A stretch of 63,859 nt of DNA, counting the filler, from Chrysochromulina tobinii (lineage: Eukaryota): NCBI GenBank assembly GCA_001275005.1. It is 9 parts of 9 records of this genome, joined end to end, with 100 filler letters (N's around TTAATTAATTAA, not from the genome) between each part and the next. Parts side by side here need not be neighbours in the genome. Positions count along the whole stretch, not along the records: positions 48,313 to 57,043 come from JWZX01000007.1; positions 57,144 to 60,318 come from JWZX01000008.1; positions 60,419 to 63,859 come from JWZX01000009.1; 6 more parts are not named here. One strand, 5' to 3'. Each line of letters begins with the position of its first letter. Position 1 is the stretch's first letter. This document shows, piece by piece, positions 54,050 to 63,859 of this stretch. The notes under the pieces were generated by a model that saw only the letters and a program-made list of their open reading frames with translations, ran no database searches and was not told the origin of the DNA. A program made the position numbers and the translations under genes.

Positions 54050-56672
54050 TCAGCTTAGGTCGTACGGGTTGGTGTGGCTGCTGCCGGCAGCGGCCGGAGC
54101 CGGCGGCTTGCTACGCCGCACACGCTCGGCGGCGAGCTTTCCTTGGCAATTCGCTCCGTAGTAGCCTCCACCGCTTTGGCCGGGCACTCTCCCATGCCGG
54201 TCTGGCCGCGCGTTCGCTTGCGTTCGGGGCAGATGGCCAGCGTCGTTGGTGGACCACGGGACGTCGTTGGGCGCGTAGGGCTTCGGCGGGAGCGAGTAGG
54301 GCACTGGTACCACGAGCGCGCCGGCGAGCTGTGAATGGGCCAGCTGTGAATGGTCCAGCTGTGAATGGGTCGCTGCACTGGTAAAGCCGGCCGCGCCGCC
54401 CAGCACGACGCCCGCGTGGGCCTCGGTGCGAGTGCTGCCGCTCGTGCTGCCGCTCGTGCTGCCGCTCACGCCGTGCAGGTCGGGTGCGCAGAGCGGCACT
54501 TGCGGCGTGGCCATGAGGAGCACACCTGTGGGGAAGGGCGAGACGCCGTGGTGAGCACTTGCATGCTGGAGCTCGTGCGGCGTGGCCAGGAGCACACCGA
54601 GCTCGTAGCTCATCAGCGGGTCATTAAGGGGTCATTAAGGGGTCATTAAGGGGTCATTAAGGGGTCATCAGGTGATTCGTGGCTCACCGAGCTCGTAGCT
54701 CTTGATGTAGAGTTGGGTCTCTTTCTTCTCAAGCTTGCCCCAAGCCGCCTGCGACAAGTTGTGCGAGGCGAGGATGGCCCAAGGCAGGGTGCGATCGGCG
54801 GCGTAGCGGCAGTAGGTCTTGATGTGAGGCACCGCGAGGGCGCGCCCGCTCGCGCCGCCATACGCGCCATCGCCGCCATCCCAGGTGCATAAGCGGCCAC
54901 GTGGCAAACCCATCTTAGGCAACTCGGCGAATCTTGCCTAAAATGGGGAGAGAGAAGGCGCCGTGGTGAGCACGTGCATGCAAGGGCAGGTCATCAGATG
55001 CAATCGGCAACTCGGCGAATCTTGCCTGCAGCCGCTCGACATTCTGTACCTCACACGGGATGCTGTTGCCCGCGTACCAGCCTTCCAGACTCTCGCCCAC
55101 CTGCGCCTGCGTCGGGAAGACGACCTCGATCGCAGACGGCGTTGGGCGCGTACCTGTGGGGAGAGGAGGGCGCCGTGGTGATCACTTGCATGCACCTCGA
55201 TCGCAGACGGCGTTGGGCGCGTACCACAAAAGGAGCGCACGAGCTCAACGAGCCATTCTGGTTTGGTGCCGGGCGACGAGAGCGATGAGAACTGCAGCAC
55301 GAGCGGCGCGCTGTGGAACTTGGCCTCGGACGGCGCCGCGTCTAGGATGGTCCGTACCTGCGTTGGACGGGCGAGTGGGGCGCATGCGATGAGAGAGGTC
55401 ATCAGTGGTCATCAGCGGTCATCAGGATGGTCCGTCCCTGCGTGAGGTCCCAGCGGCAGCATGCAATCAGCATGCACTTAGCACGCCCTCAGCATGCAAT
55501 CAGCATGCCCTCAGCACGCAATCACCGTACCTGCATGTGGCCCCAACGGCCGAGCTTCTCGCCCGTGTGCCGCCCAGGCACCGCGCCGAGGAGCCGTGCG
55601 CGGCATGCAGTGTAGTCGTAGCATCGAATCCATCTCAGATCGAGCGCCGCCCATCGAGCTTGCTCAGCCGCACTCTGCGGCTGCCACTGCGGGGGGGGAT
55701 GCATGCCGAGCTCTCGCACCTGCGGGGGAGGATGCATGCATGCATCAGGAGGATGCATGCCAAGCTCACGTGCACGCATGCATCTACCGTGAGGTGCATG
55801 CATGCATCAGGATGCCGAGCTCACGCACCTCCCGGTAGTACCCGTCGAGGTCTTCCCCAAAGGCGCCGATCGGAGCGGCCGCACTGCCCGCCGTGGCCGG
55901 CGCACGCGCCGCGCGCGGGAAGCTCTCCGTCCAAATCCCATTCGTCTTGTTCCACACGTCAGCAAAGATGAAGTTACCCGAGAGCACGGCCACTGTGAGC
56001 TCGGCTGGGCGTACGATGAATAGGGCCTTGGAGTGATGCGTGCCGAAGCGCTCGCACGGTGGCTGCAGGAACACGAATCGGCCCGGCTCGGCGGCAGCGC
56101 ACTGTGACTGCGGCGGCATGCCATCACCATGCACTACGACCACACGCGGCACGGTGCGCACCGCGGGGCACTCATGCACGACAAAGTCGAGCTGCGGGCG
56201 CAGGTGTCGATCCACAGACCGATGGTCAGCAGCAGATGAGCAGAGGAGCCAGAGGGCTGGTGATCGGGAGCCAGCGACGCACGTCGATCATGAAGTTGAC
56301 GATGTGGAGCTCCGAACATCCACACAGTGAGTCGGCCGACAGCAGGTCAGTGATCGACAGCGTCCCTTCGTTGCACCGGCGAGCGACCAATCCAGCCTCG
56401 ATCCATGCCCGGTGCAGCGTGCTGAGATGAAAGCCGAGCTTCGGGCCAGGGAGGGCAGTGCTCCCAGACATGCCGGCTGCGTCATGCATCTTGGAGCGCT
56501 TAGCTGGCGGCTCAGAAGCGGGCTGCGCATCTTCGTCAGTGGAGCCGTCGAGAGTGTCTGCGAGCCACGCCGCGCAGGCAACAAGGTCGGCGCCGTGCGT
56601 CGCCATGGCTGAGCGCACGCGTTCGGCCGGGAAGCCCATCGCAAGCAAGGACGCCTCAGTCTCTGCTTCCAT
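54050..56672 (-). CDS. TDP1: UBA + tyrosyl-DNA phosphodiesterase 1; exons 56672-56283, 56191-55829, 55719-55531, 55357-55225, 55153-55026, 54937-54688, 54525-54050
   Basis: The spliced product reads in frame with [46 protein letters not shown] and PVPY.LPP.PY. N-terminal LLAMGF...AAWL is UBA-like. Confidence 0.92.
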
Positions 56673-57157
56673 TCCCGCGCGAGCTGTGGAATCTCACGAG
56701 GCAGTCCGGTCCCCTGACACTCGCAGTCTCCTGCGACAAGATGTCCCCGTGTCGAAGTCACTCGGCTGATGAGTTCAAATTCTTCCCCACCCCCGTTGGA
56801 ACACCGGGAGGGAAGCCTCTGAGATTAACCGCCCGCGTGAATAAATAGCGCGCGCGCGACCCGATAGGTTTTGGCCGGCGGACCCATTTTTTTGCGTGTC
56901 CGTCCGTCTGTGTGTGGATCCAGTCTGTCGTCCCAAATTTGGATTCAACAGCCTTCCGGTTTGAGAGAAAAGAGGCCGTCCGATTTCCACCTTATCCATT
57001 TTGCTCGTCTGCCTCGCGGAGCCTCGCGCGCCCAGTTCTCGACNNNNNNNNNNNNNNNNNNNNNNNNNNNNNNNNNNNNNNNNNNNNTTAATTAATTAAN
57101 NNNNNNNNNNNNNNNNNNNNNNNNNNNNNNNNNNNNNNNNNNNCAGGAGCCAAGCCT

Positions 57158-58252
57158 GAAACCCGAAACCCAACATGAAACCCATTCCTGCTAGAACCCG
57201 AAACCCAAAACCCAATAGAATAAGTCTATGTTGAACTAAAAATACTAAAAATTACACAAGAAAAAGTAACTCGTGCTCCTCGTTGTGATTTACGGCCAAG
57301 ATGTTTTCGGTAAAAAAACACCGAGGGGAGCCGGAATCTATTTTAGCTCCGGCAAAGTTGCCGAGTCTGTCTTCTAATCAGTTTCGGCGAAAAATGCTGA
57401 AGCTCTCGCACACCCACAGATCTATCCTTCGGTAATCCTTCGGGTCGTCGTCGAGCGGCGTCATGCGGCGCTCGGAGGTTGCCTCCGAAGCCGCCGAGTA
57501 CCAGCGCGTCATCGACGGCCTCGCCGCAGCCGCATTAGCAGCCGCAGCTGAAGTGCCTGTCAGCGACAGCGACCACGGCGTCAAAGAGCTGTCGCTGCGC
57601 CTCGACCTTCTTCCAAGCATGTTGCGGTACACGATCTCGTCGCACACGGGCATCGAGCAGCACGTGCAGTACCAATCGCTCGAGCGGATGCTGCTCCAGG
57701 CGTTTGGGCTGGAATAGATCATGCCACCCGAGCGCTACCAAAACTTGGTGGAGTTTGAGGCGACGCTGCGTTCGCAGTTTGGTGACTCGATAATCCGCAT
57801 GCTCCATGGCCAAGGCTGGGCAGCTGACCCAACGTCCAGCGACAAGATGGAGCCGCACGCCAATGCTGCGGCCGTGGACCTCTCGAATCCCGTCGCGTTC
57901 ATTGCGAAGCACAACTCAGGCCTGCACTCATCGGGACACTGTTCACGCAGCTTGCCTGCTGCAGACTTCAAGGGAGGCGCATCGCTCCACAATTTGCTCA
58001 ACTTCTTCGAAGCGGCGCGTGCACGCGGCAAGGCTGTCACCTTCTCGCCGCCAGGCGTTTCTGGCTCAGTCGTCATCGCGTATTGTAGGTGCTATAGGTC
58101 GACCCGAAACCCGAAACCCAACGCAACTTGTAACCCGCACTTTGAACGAAACCCGAAACCCAACTTGTAACCCACACTTTCCGAAACCCGAAACCCGAAA
58201 CCCAACTTGAAACCCGCCACTGCCAAAACGTGAAACCCGGAACCCGAAACCC
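57158..58252. repeat. Two clusters of GAAACCC/AACCCG repeats (57158-57215, 58102-58252) flanking a stop-interrupted ORF
   Basis: Directly oriented motif clusters; ORFs 57463-57717 and 57721-58170 share a frame and are split by one TAG. Confidence 0.6.
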
Positions 58253-60244
58253 ATGCAGGGGGCTAAGAGAGAGGGAGGGGAGACGAGATGAGATGAGATG
58301 AGACGGGATGAGTGAAGATGGGAGGAGGTGGATGAGATGGGATGGATGAGTGGAGAGAGAGGAGAGGATTGTGCGGGATGAGGGGGGTTGGGGTGCTGCC
58401 GCCAATGGTAAGCGAGTGCGTTCCACCGCGGACTCATGCATTTGGGGATCGGGATGGATGTGCGGGCGGATGGATGTGCGAGGAGGTGGAGTGGGAGAGA
58501 TGGGTGCGAGCGTACACTTGTTGGGCATGGTGCCGGAGACAGTGCCGTCGGAGAGGAGGTAGGTGAGGGCCGGGCCTCCGTATGATGAGTCGCGGATCCG
58601 GCGAGCCTCGCCGATGGGGTCAGCGACCCTGACGGCGGCAGCCTCGGCGGCGATGATCGGTGCGGCGGTGAGGCAGCCGATGGTGGCGCCGGAGGCGGCG
58701 GTGGATCGGGCCTTCCCAGCGGTCGAAGCCTTGGGGATGACCGAGCGATCGGTCTCTTCGCGGGGCGCGGGCGCGGAAGTTGATTGGGGGGCTCTGCGAG
58801 CTTCGCGGGCGGCGTCGGCGGTGGAGCGCAGGCGGCGCCCAGCTTCGAGCCAGGAGGAAGGGGGAGAGAGCCACAATGGTAGCGTGGATCCCCCGGGTGC
58901 AGAGGCTTGCGCGGCGGCAAGGATGAGCGTCCAGTGCTCGGCGGCTTGCGCTGCCAGGCCGGCGGCGTCAGCGGCGAAGAAGGCGTCGGGAGGTGGCTTG
59001 CCGGCGGCGAGGGAGATGGCGGTGGTGAGATCGCAGTCAGGCTTGCCGAAGGAATCGGCGATGGCGTGAATGATCTCGACGGCGGAGAAGTGCTCGGAGC
59101 CGGCGACGATGAGCCCCTCGAATGGGCGAGGGGCTGGATGAGAAGTGCCCAAGGGAGCTCCGACGGGGATGGATGGCGGGGCGAATCCAAGGTGGGGGCC
59201 GAAGCTGGATGAGGGAGGTGGAAAGTGCGGCGGCGGCGGCACGAACCCATTGGTGCGCAGCGTGGCGCTGATGGAGGCGATGGCGGTGTCCATCTGGACG
59301 GTGGTGAGGCCGACCGCTCCGCCGAGCAGGCGGCGCGCCTCGATCTGGAAGGGATCGGGGGAGGGGATGGCGGCTGCGAGGGCGGCTGCGATGGCGGCGG
59401 CTACCGGGTCGGCGGCTGGGGGCGGGGCGGTCGCTGGATAGTGAGCAGCGATGGCCTCGGCAGCCTGGAGCTGCTGCCCTATGTGACGGCCGGCCTCGGA
59501 GAAGCCGACTGCCACGCCATGGGCTGCCAGATTAGCGTTGGCGGTGATGATGATGTGGTGATGTGCGGAGATGGCGTCGATGGCAGCGGCGAAGGCGGCG
59601 AAGAAGAGGGGCGCGGCGAGGCGGGCTGCGGAGAGGATGGGGCCGTCGGCTGGGTTGGCTGGGGGCTGGATGCATGCTAGGGCGACCGAAAGAGGCCGGG
59701 CGATGTTATTCCCGATGATTCCCCCGACTAAAGAAGCGGTATGGGCGCATGACGTGGGGAAGCCGGTAAGGACGAGGCCGAGCGAAGCGGTGCGCATCGC
59801 GCGATCTGGGCTTCCCACGGGTCCGAGGAAGGAGGCCTGATCGATGGGGGCGGCGTCCGCGGAGGCGATGGTAGGGATGCCGGCCTGGATGGGGATGGCC
59901 GGTGGTGCGCCGGGCGCGCCTGCCCATGGGATCCACGAGCCATTGATGAGCGCAACCGCTTGAGCGATTGTGATGGTCTGTGGTGCCCCGACTCCGATGG
60001 TGACTGAAAGCGAGTCAAAGGGGGTGCCGACGATGGGGGAGAAGGAGACGGGCGGTCCGGTCGGCATGCCGCCGACTGTCATCTGAATCTCTGCTGAACC
60101 CCCGGCAGTCCGGAGGATGCCGTACATAACGGTGTCGATGTTGAGCGTTGCGAAAGCCGTCTCAGATCTGTCAGAGGCTGAGGCGGGATCGCCATCTTCG
60201 CTGATCGAAATTTGCTTGGATCTCGACGTGTGTACTGATGCCAC
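58073..60244 (-). CDS. Ala/Pro-rich hypothetical protein, possibly a transposon ORF; ends uncertain
   Basis: 723-codon ORF with no motif I recognise, running into GATGA and GAAACCC repeats. Confidence 0.4.
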   Translation of the reverse strand: MASVHTSRSKQISISEDGDPASASDRSETAFATLNIDTVMYGILRTAGGSAEIQMTVGGMPTGPPVSFSPIVGTPFDSLSVTIGVGAPQTITIAQAVALINGSWIPWAGAPGAPPAIPIQAGIPTIASADAAPIDQASFLGPVGSPDRAMRTASLGLVLTGFPTSCAHTASLVGGIIGNNIARPLSVALACIQPPANPADGPILSAARLAAPLFFAAFAAAIDAISAHHHIIITANANLAAHGVAVGFSEAGRHIGQQLQAAEAIAAHYPATAPPPAADPVAAAIAAALAAAIPSPDPFQIEARRLLGGAVGLTTVQMDTAIASISATLRTNGFVPPPPHFPPPSSSFGPHLGFAPPSIPVGAPLGTSHPAPRPFEGLIVAGSEHFSAVEIIHAIADSFGKPDCDLTTAISLAAGKPPPDAFFAADAAGLAAQAAEHWTLILAAAQASAPGGSTLPLWLSPPSSWLEAGRRLRSTADAAREARRAPQSTSAPAPREETDRSVIPKASTAGKARSTAASGATIGCLTAAPIIAAEAAAVRVADPIGEARRIRDSSYGGPALTYLLSDGTVSGTMPNKCTLAPISPTPPPRTSIRPHIHPDPQMHESAVERTRLPLAAAPQPPSSRTILSSLSTHPSHLIHLLPSSLIPSHLISSRLPSLSLSPLHGFRVPGFTFWQWRVSSWVSGFGFRKVWVTSWVSGFVQSAGYKLRWVSGFGSTYSTYNTR

Positions 60245-60711
60245 GTCGGGGATGAGGTAGTAGAGTGGCCCTGGCGCACGCGCGATCGCCCCCTGCAGCT
60301 TGGTTCTGGACCCGACCGNNNNNNNNNNNNNNNNNNNNNNNNNNNNNNNNNNNNNNNNNNNNTTAATTAATTAANNNNNNNNNNNNNNNNNNNNNNNNNN
60401 NNNNNNNNNNNNNNNNNNGCTGGACCACGCGCTGTGCCCTGCAGTCACTGCTCCATCCTCCCACCAAACCACGTAGGCTGCACCGTCTGCTCTGATAAGA
60501 AATTCATCGCCGTCAAGTTCGTCGCCGTCCCGCCAGCGGCAAACAACGAAGTTGACGACTACGACTACGACCGCTGGTCGTCCGACGAGGATGAGCTTAG
60601 AGAGGGCGACGAGCTCGACGACCGAAACGGGCTTTTCGACGCAGCGCTCGCGGCAGAGGACGATCATCGACATAAGCAGCAGCCGCCGCTGCCGCTGCCG
60701 ATGATGAGCAC

Positions 60712-60712
<1 letters not shown>

Positions 60713-60784
<72 letters not shown>
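60713..60784. repeat. (CAG)24 microsatellite
   Basis: Uninterrupted 72-nt tract. Confidence 0.95.
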
Positions 60785-60786
<2 letters not shown>

Positions 60787-60843
60787 CAGCAGTGGCATCC
60801 ATGCAGCAGCCGCCGCCGCCGCAGCCAAGCAGTGGCGGCGCAC

Positions 60844-61318
60844 CATAGCCTGGGTGCACGGCGTCGACGCCGTTGTCGAGCGCGATCTGGACGATCTGCT
60901 TGATGTCGAGGTACGCTGAGATCGGCGATGCCGTCGCCTCCTTTTCGAGCTGGAACGACTGGTCAGAGCCCCACCGGTGCTGCGAGTATCTGTCCTCGTA
61001 GCCGTAGATCGCGACAGTGGCCATGTTGAGCTCGGTCGCGGCACGCATGATGCGCACGGCGATCTCGGCGCGATTGGCGGCCATCACCTTCTTGAAGGGC
61101 GGCCGCCCTCCTAGAGGATCGAGCGAGCCTCCCTCGAAAACTGGGTCAACGTCCGAAGCTTCGTTGACGTACATCCGTGCGTCCTCGACCCCCATGCGCA
61201 CCGCCGGCGTCGGAGCCGGACGGCTCACGGTGAGTGGCCGCCCGACGCCACGCAGCGAAGCGGCGAGTGCGGAGCCGCCGTCGCAGGCCGCTAGAAGCAG
61301 CACGACGCGCAGGGCCAT
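60844..61318 (-). CDS. PYC: Pyruvate carboxylase, plastid-targeted, exon 1
   Basis: Signal + transit peptide, then FKKVMAANRAEIAVRIMRAATEL...EDRYSQHR...AYLDI...HPGYG; GT donor at 60843. Confidence 0.88.
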
Positions 61319-61811
61319 CGCGACAGAGAAGGTGTCTCCCGAGTAGGATCGACGACGGGTCGGCTGCCGACGGTCACGTATTTCGCAGTCGAGTCCGCAA
61401 ATGACCCTCTTGGCGTGCTGGGGGGGGAGACTGAGGAAGGCATTTGTTGAGTTCGGCATAGCATGACTCGCCGCCTAAGCTAGAGACCGGTATGGTTTCT
61501 TTCTAACAAGTCGATTAAGCCATCGGACACCTTCTGTTTCCTGGTTATCTCCCACAGCGGGCCGCGGGGGGGCGTGGGTCCTCAGTGAGTCTCACTCACT
61601 CACTCACTCACTCACTTACTCACTCACTTCTATCACTCACTCTCACCTGACGTGAACGGAAAGACGAAGCCAAGAGCGCCGGCCGTGCCCCACTCCTTGA
61701 GGGTGGGCTCGTGGAGCACCGGTTGCTCTAACTCTCACCGCTTTAGCTCCTGAGTTTCCGAGTTTTGGTTGCAGTTCTTCTCTCTGCCTCGTTTCACGGT
61801 GAAAACAAACA

Positions 61812-63701
61812 TTGAAGCGACGTCGGGTCGGCGGCGGCGGAGACAGCGGCGACGGCGACGTCAACGGCGGCGACGGCGACGACGGCGTTGTGAGGGCGCG
61901 AAGCGCCGAGGGCGAGGAGGTTGTGTGGTCCCGTTCGGCCGCGGCGCGATCGGCGGCGCTCGCCAACTGGGTGAGCGACACGGGCGGCGCCGAGGGGGCG
62001 TTCGCCACTCTGGTGCCTGCGGCTGCGCTCCGCACGCTCTCGCGCGTCGCCGAGGGCGGTGCGGAGGATGGCGGGGCGCTAGAAGGGTGCTCGCTCGCGC
62101 AGCTCGCGCAGCTTTTGCATGGCGCGCACTTTCTCGACGTGGACGTCGAGCTTCTCCGCCTCCTCTCGCGTTCCCTGTGCACCGGCCACCTCGCCGGCAA
62201 GAGTGGCCCGGAGCTCGGGCGGCTGCTGGGTGTCGTGAGCGACTTCCCCACAGAGGCGGAGCGGCAGGCGGCGGCGGAGGAGCCGATTTACACGCAAGAC
62301 GCTCAGCACGACGCCACTGCACCGCGAGCGGCCAACGCACCCACACCGCCAGCCACCGTGTGCTGGTTCTCGGCGCAGCTCGTCAACGAGGACGCCCTCG
62401 AGGACGCCCTCGCGGACGCCGATGTGCCGACGCTGTGCGCGCTCAAGGGCGTGAGCCTCGCGTGGCGCGCGCGGGCGCGGCGCGTCCTGTGCGCGCGGCT
62501 GTGCGCACGCGTCGGCCTGCCGCTCACGAGCAACCTCGTCGAGGTGACCGAGCTCGACCTCTCGGGCAGCCGCGCCGCCGGTCGTCTCATCGCCGACGCG
62601 GCCGACGCATCGCGCGGGCTGCCCAGCCTGGCAAAGGTGACGGGGTTGGGCGGCTTCGAGGTGGACGTGGCCGCGTTGAGGATTGTGGCGTCTTCGGGTG
62701 ACTACTCGTACCCGATGGCGGGAGTGCGCGCGTGCATCCGCGGCGAGGGCGAGGCGCCGATGGAGGTGCTGCTCGCCGCATGCGCGCTGCGCCACGGCGA
62801 GGCGCGCGTGCCGGCGCACGCGTTCCGCGGGGACACGTCGATGACATCGATCGCGCTGCCCGCCGGCCTCACGAGCATCGGTGAGGGCGCCTTCTATGGC
62901 TGCTCCTCAATGACGTCGATCGCGCTGCCCGCCGGCCTCATGAGCATCGCTGAGTTCGCCTTCTCTGGCTGCTCCTCGTTGACATCGATCGAGCTGTCCG
63001 CTGGCCTCACGAGCATCGGTGATAATGCCTTCGATGGCTGCTCCTCGTTGACATCGATCGAGCTGCCCGCCGGCCTCACGAGCATCGGTAGGAGCACCTT
63101 TTACAACTGCTCCTCGATGACGTCGATTGCGCTGCCCGCCGGCCTCACGAGCTTAGGTGAGGCGGCCTTCTGGGGCTGCTCCTTGATGACGTCGATCGAG
63201 CTGCCTGCAGGCCTAACGAGCCTCGGTGGGTACGCCTTCTATGGCTGCTCCGCGATGACGTCGATCGAGCTGCCTGCAGGCCTCACGAGCATCGGTGGGT
63301 GCGCCTTCTGGGGCTGCTCCTGGATGACGTCGATCGCGCTGCCCGCCGGCCTCACAAGCATCGGTTGGAAGGCCTTCTCAGGCTGCTCCTCGATGACGTC
63401 GATCGCGCTGCCCGCCAGCCTCACGAGCATTGGTGGCGCTGCCTTCAATGGCTGCTCCTCGTTGACGTCGATCGCGCTGCCCGCCGGCCTCACGAGCATC
63501 GGTGGGTGCGCCTTTTACAACTGCTCCTCATTGGCGTCGATCAAGCTGCCCGCCGGCCTCACGAGCCTCGGTGATGACGCCTTCAAGGGCTGCTCCTCGT
63601 TGACGTCGATCGAGCTGCCTGCGAGCTTCGATGACAGCACTCTGAGGTCCGCCGGAGTGCCTCCCAGCGCCATCCTTCGCTTTGACTTCGCTTTGCACTG
63701 A
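61812..63701 (+). CDS. Skp1-F-box-BspA-type LRR protein, copy B (11 LRRs; start codon unclear)
   Basis: LAQLLHGAHFLDV..LL...AGKSGPELGRLLGVVSDFPTEAE (Skp1), F-box-like segment, 69-nt repeats at 62838-63596. Confidence 0.85.
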   Translation: MKRRRVGGGGDSGDGDVNGGDGDDGVVRARSAEGEEVVWSRSAAARSAALANWVSDTGGAEGAFATLVPAAALRTLSRVAEGGAEDGGALEGCSLAQLAQLLHGAHFLDVDVELLRLLSRSLCTGHLAGKSGPELGRLLGVVSDFPTEAERQAAAEEPIYTQDAQHDATAPRAANAPTPPATVCWFSAQLVNEDALEDALADADVPTLCALKGVSLAWRARARRVLCARLCARVGLPLTSNLVEVTELDLSGSRAAGRLIADAADASRGLPSLAKVTGLGGFEVDVAALRIVASSGDYSYPMAGVRACIRGEGEAPMEVLLAACALRHGEARVPAHAFRGDTSMTSIALPAGLTSIGEGAFYGCSSMTSIALPAGLMSIAEFAFSGCSSLTSIELSAGLTSIGDNAFDGCSSLTSIELPAGLTSIGRSTFYNCSSMTSIALPAGLTSLGEAAFWGCSLMTSIELPAGLTSLGGYAFYGCSAMTSIELPAGLTSIGGCAFWGCSWMTSIALPAGLTSIGWKAFSGCSSMTSIALPASLTSIGGAAFNGCSSLTSIALPAGLTSIGGCAFYNCSSLASIKLPAGLTSLGDDAFKGCSSLTSIELPASFDDSTLRSAGVPPSAILRFDFALH

Positions 63702-63859
63702 CTTCTGCCATCGAAAACAATGCCAATGGCCATGTGGAGTGACCCTTAATAAGCCACATGCTGGCTATACACTTAGCAACCGGGAAAAAATTGGGCCGGA
63801 CCAGGTTTGCGTGGGACGTCCCAGCGGGCTGGGCCGTCCCGGTCCGGACTGGGACAACC

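Overview
This is GC-rich eukaryotic nuclear DNA, not prokaryotic. It is most consistent with a haptophyte alga (Chrysochromulina-like); that is an inference from spliceosomal introns with repetitive filler, a plastid-targeted pyruvate carboxylase and SPPP surface proteins. The window is nine contigs joined by artificial 100-nt N44-TTAATTAATTAA-N44 linkers, so adjacency across linkers has no meaning. Recognisable genes: TPR protein, flavin amine oxidase, stand-alone lipoyl-domain protein, UVR-SnoaL protein, IQ coiled-coil protein, SPPP/jacalin mosaic, SUI1-UIM protein (disrupted), a large HExxH + class-II glutamine amidotransferase + SIS membrane protein, ankyrin array, alpha-actinin-like tail, myristoylated ADP-ribosyltransferase, ASPH-like and IPNS-like 2OG oxygenases, an atypical small GTPase, kinesin, HPRT, an M11-like metalloprotease, FHA-PDZ, double-BSD, UBA-TDP1, pyruvate carboxylase exon 1, and two Skp1-F-box-LRR genes. 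Three signals stand out. (1) Many short introns carry 15-36 nt copies of their own flanking exon, and four of them, in two unrelated genes, share a conserved ~40-nt 3' cassette, suggesting an intron-generating mechanism. (2) Skp1-F-box-LRR fusions have 69-nt repeats that are near-invariant except at four hypervariable codons. (3) The amidotransferase has its catalytic Cys buried behind an HExxH membrane domain. All domain calls are by motif recognition; no database searches were run.
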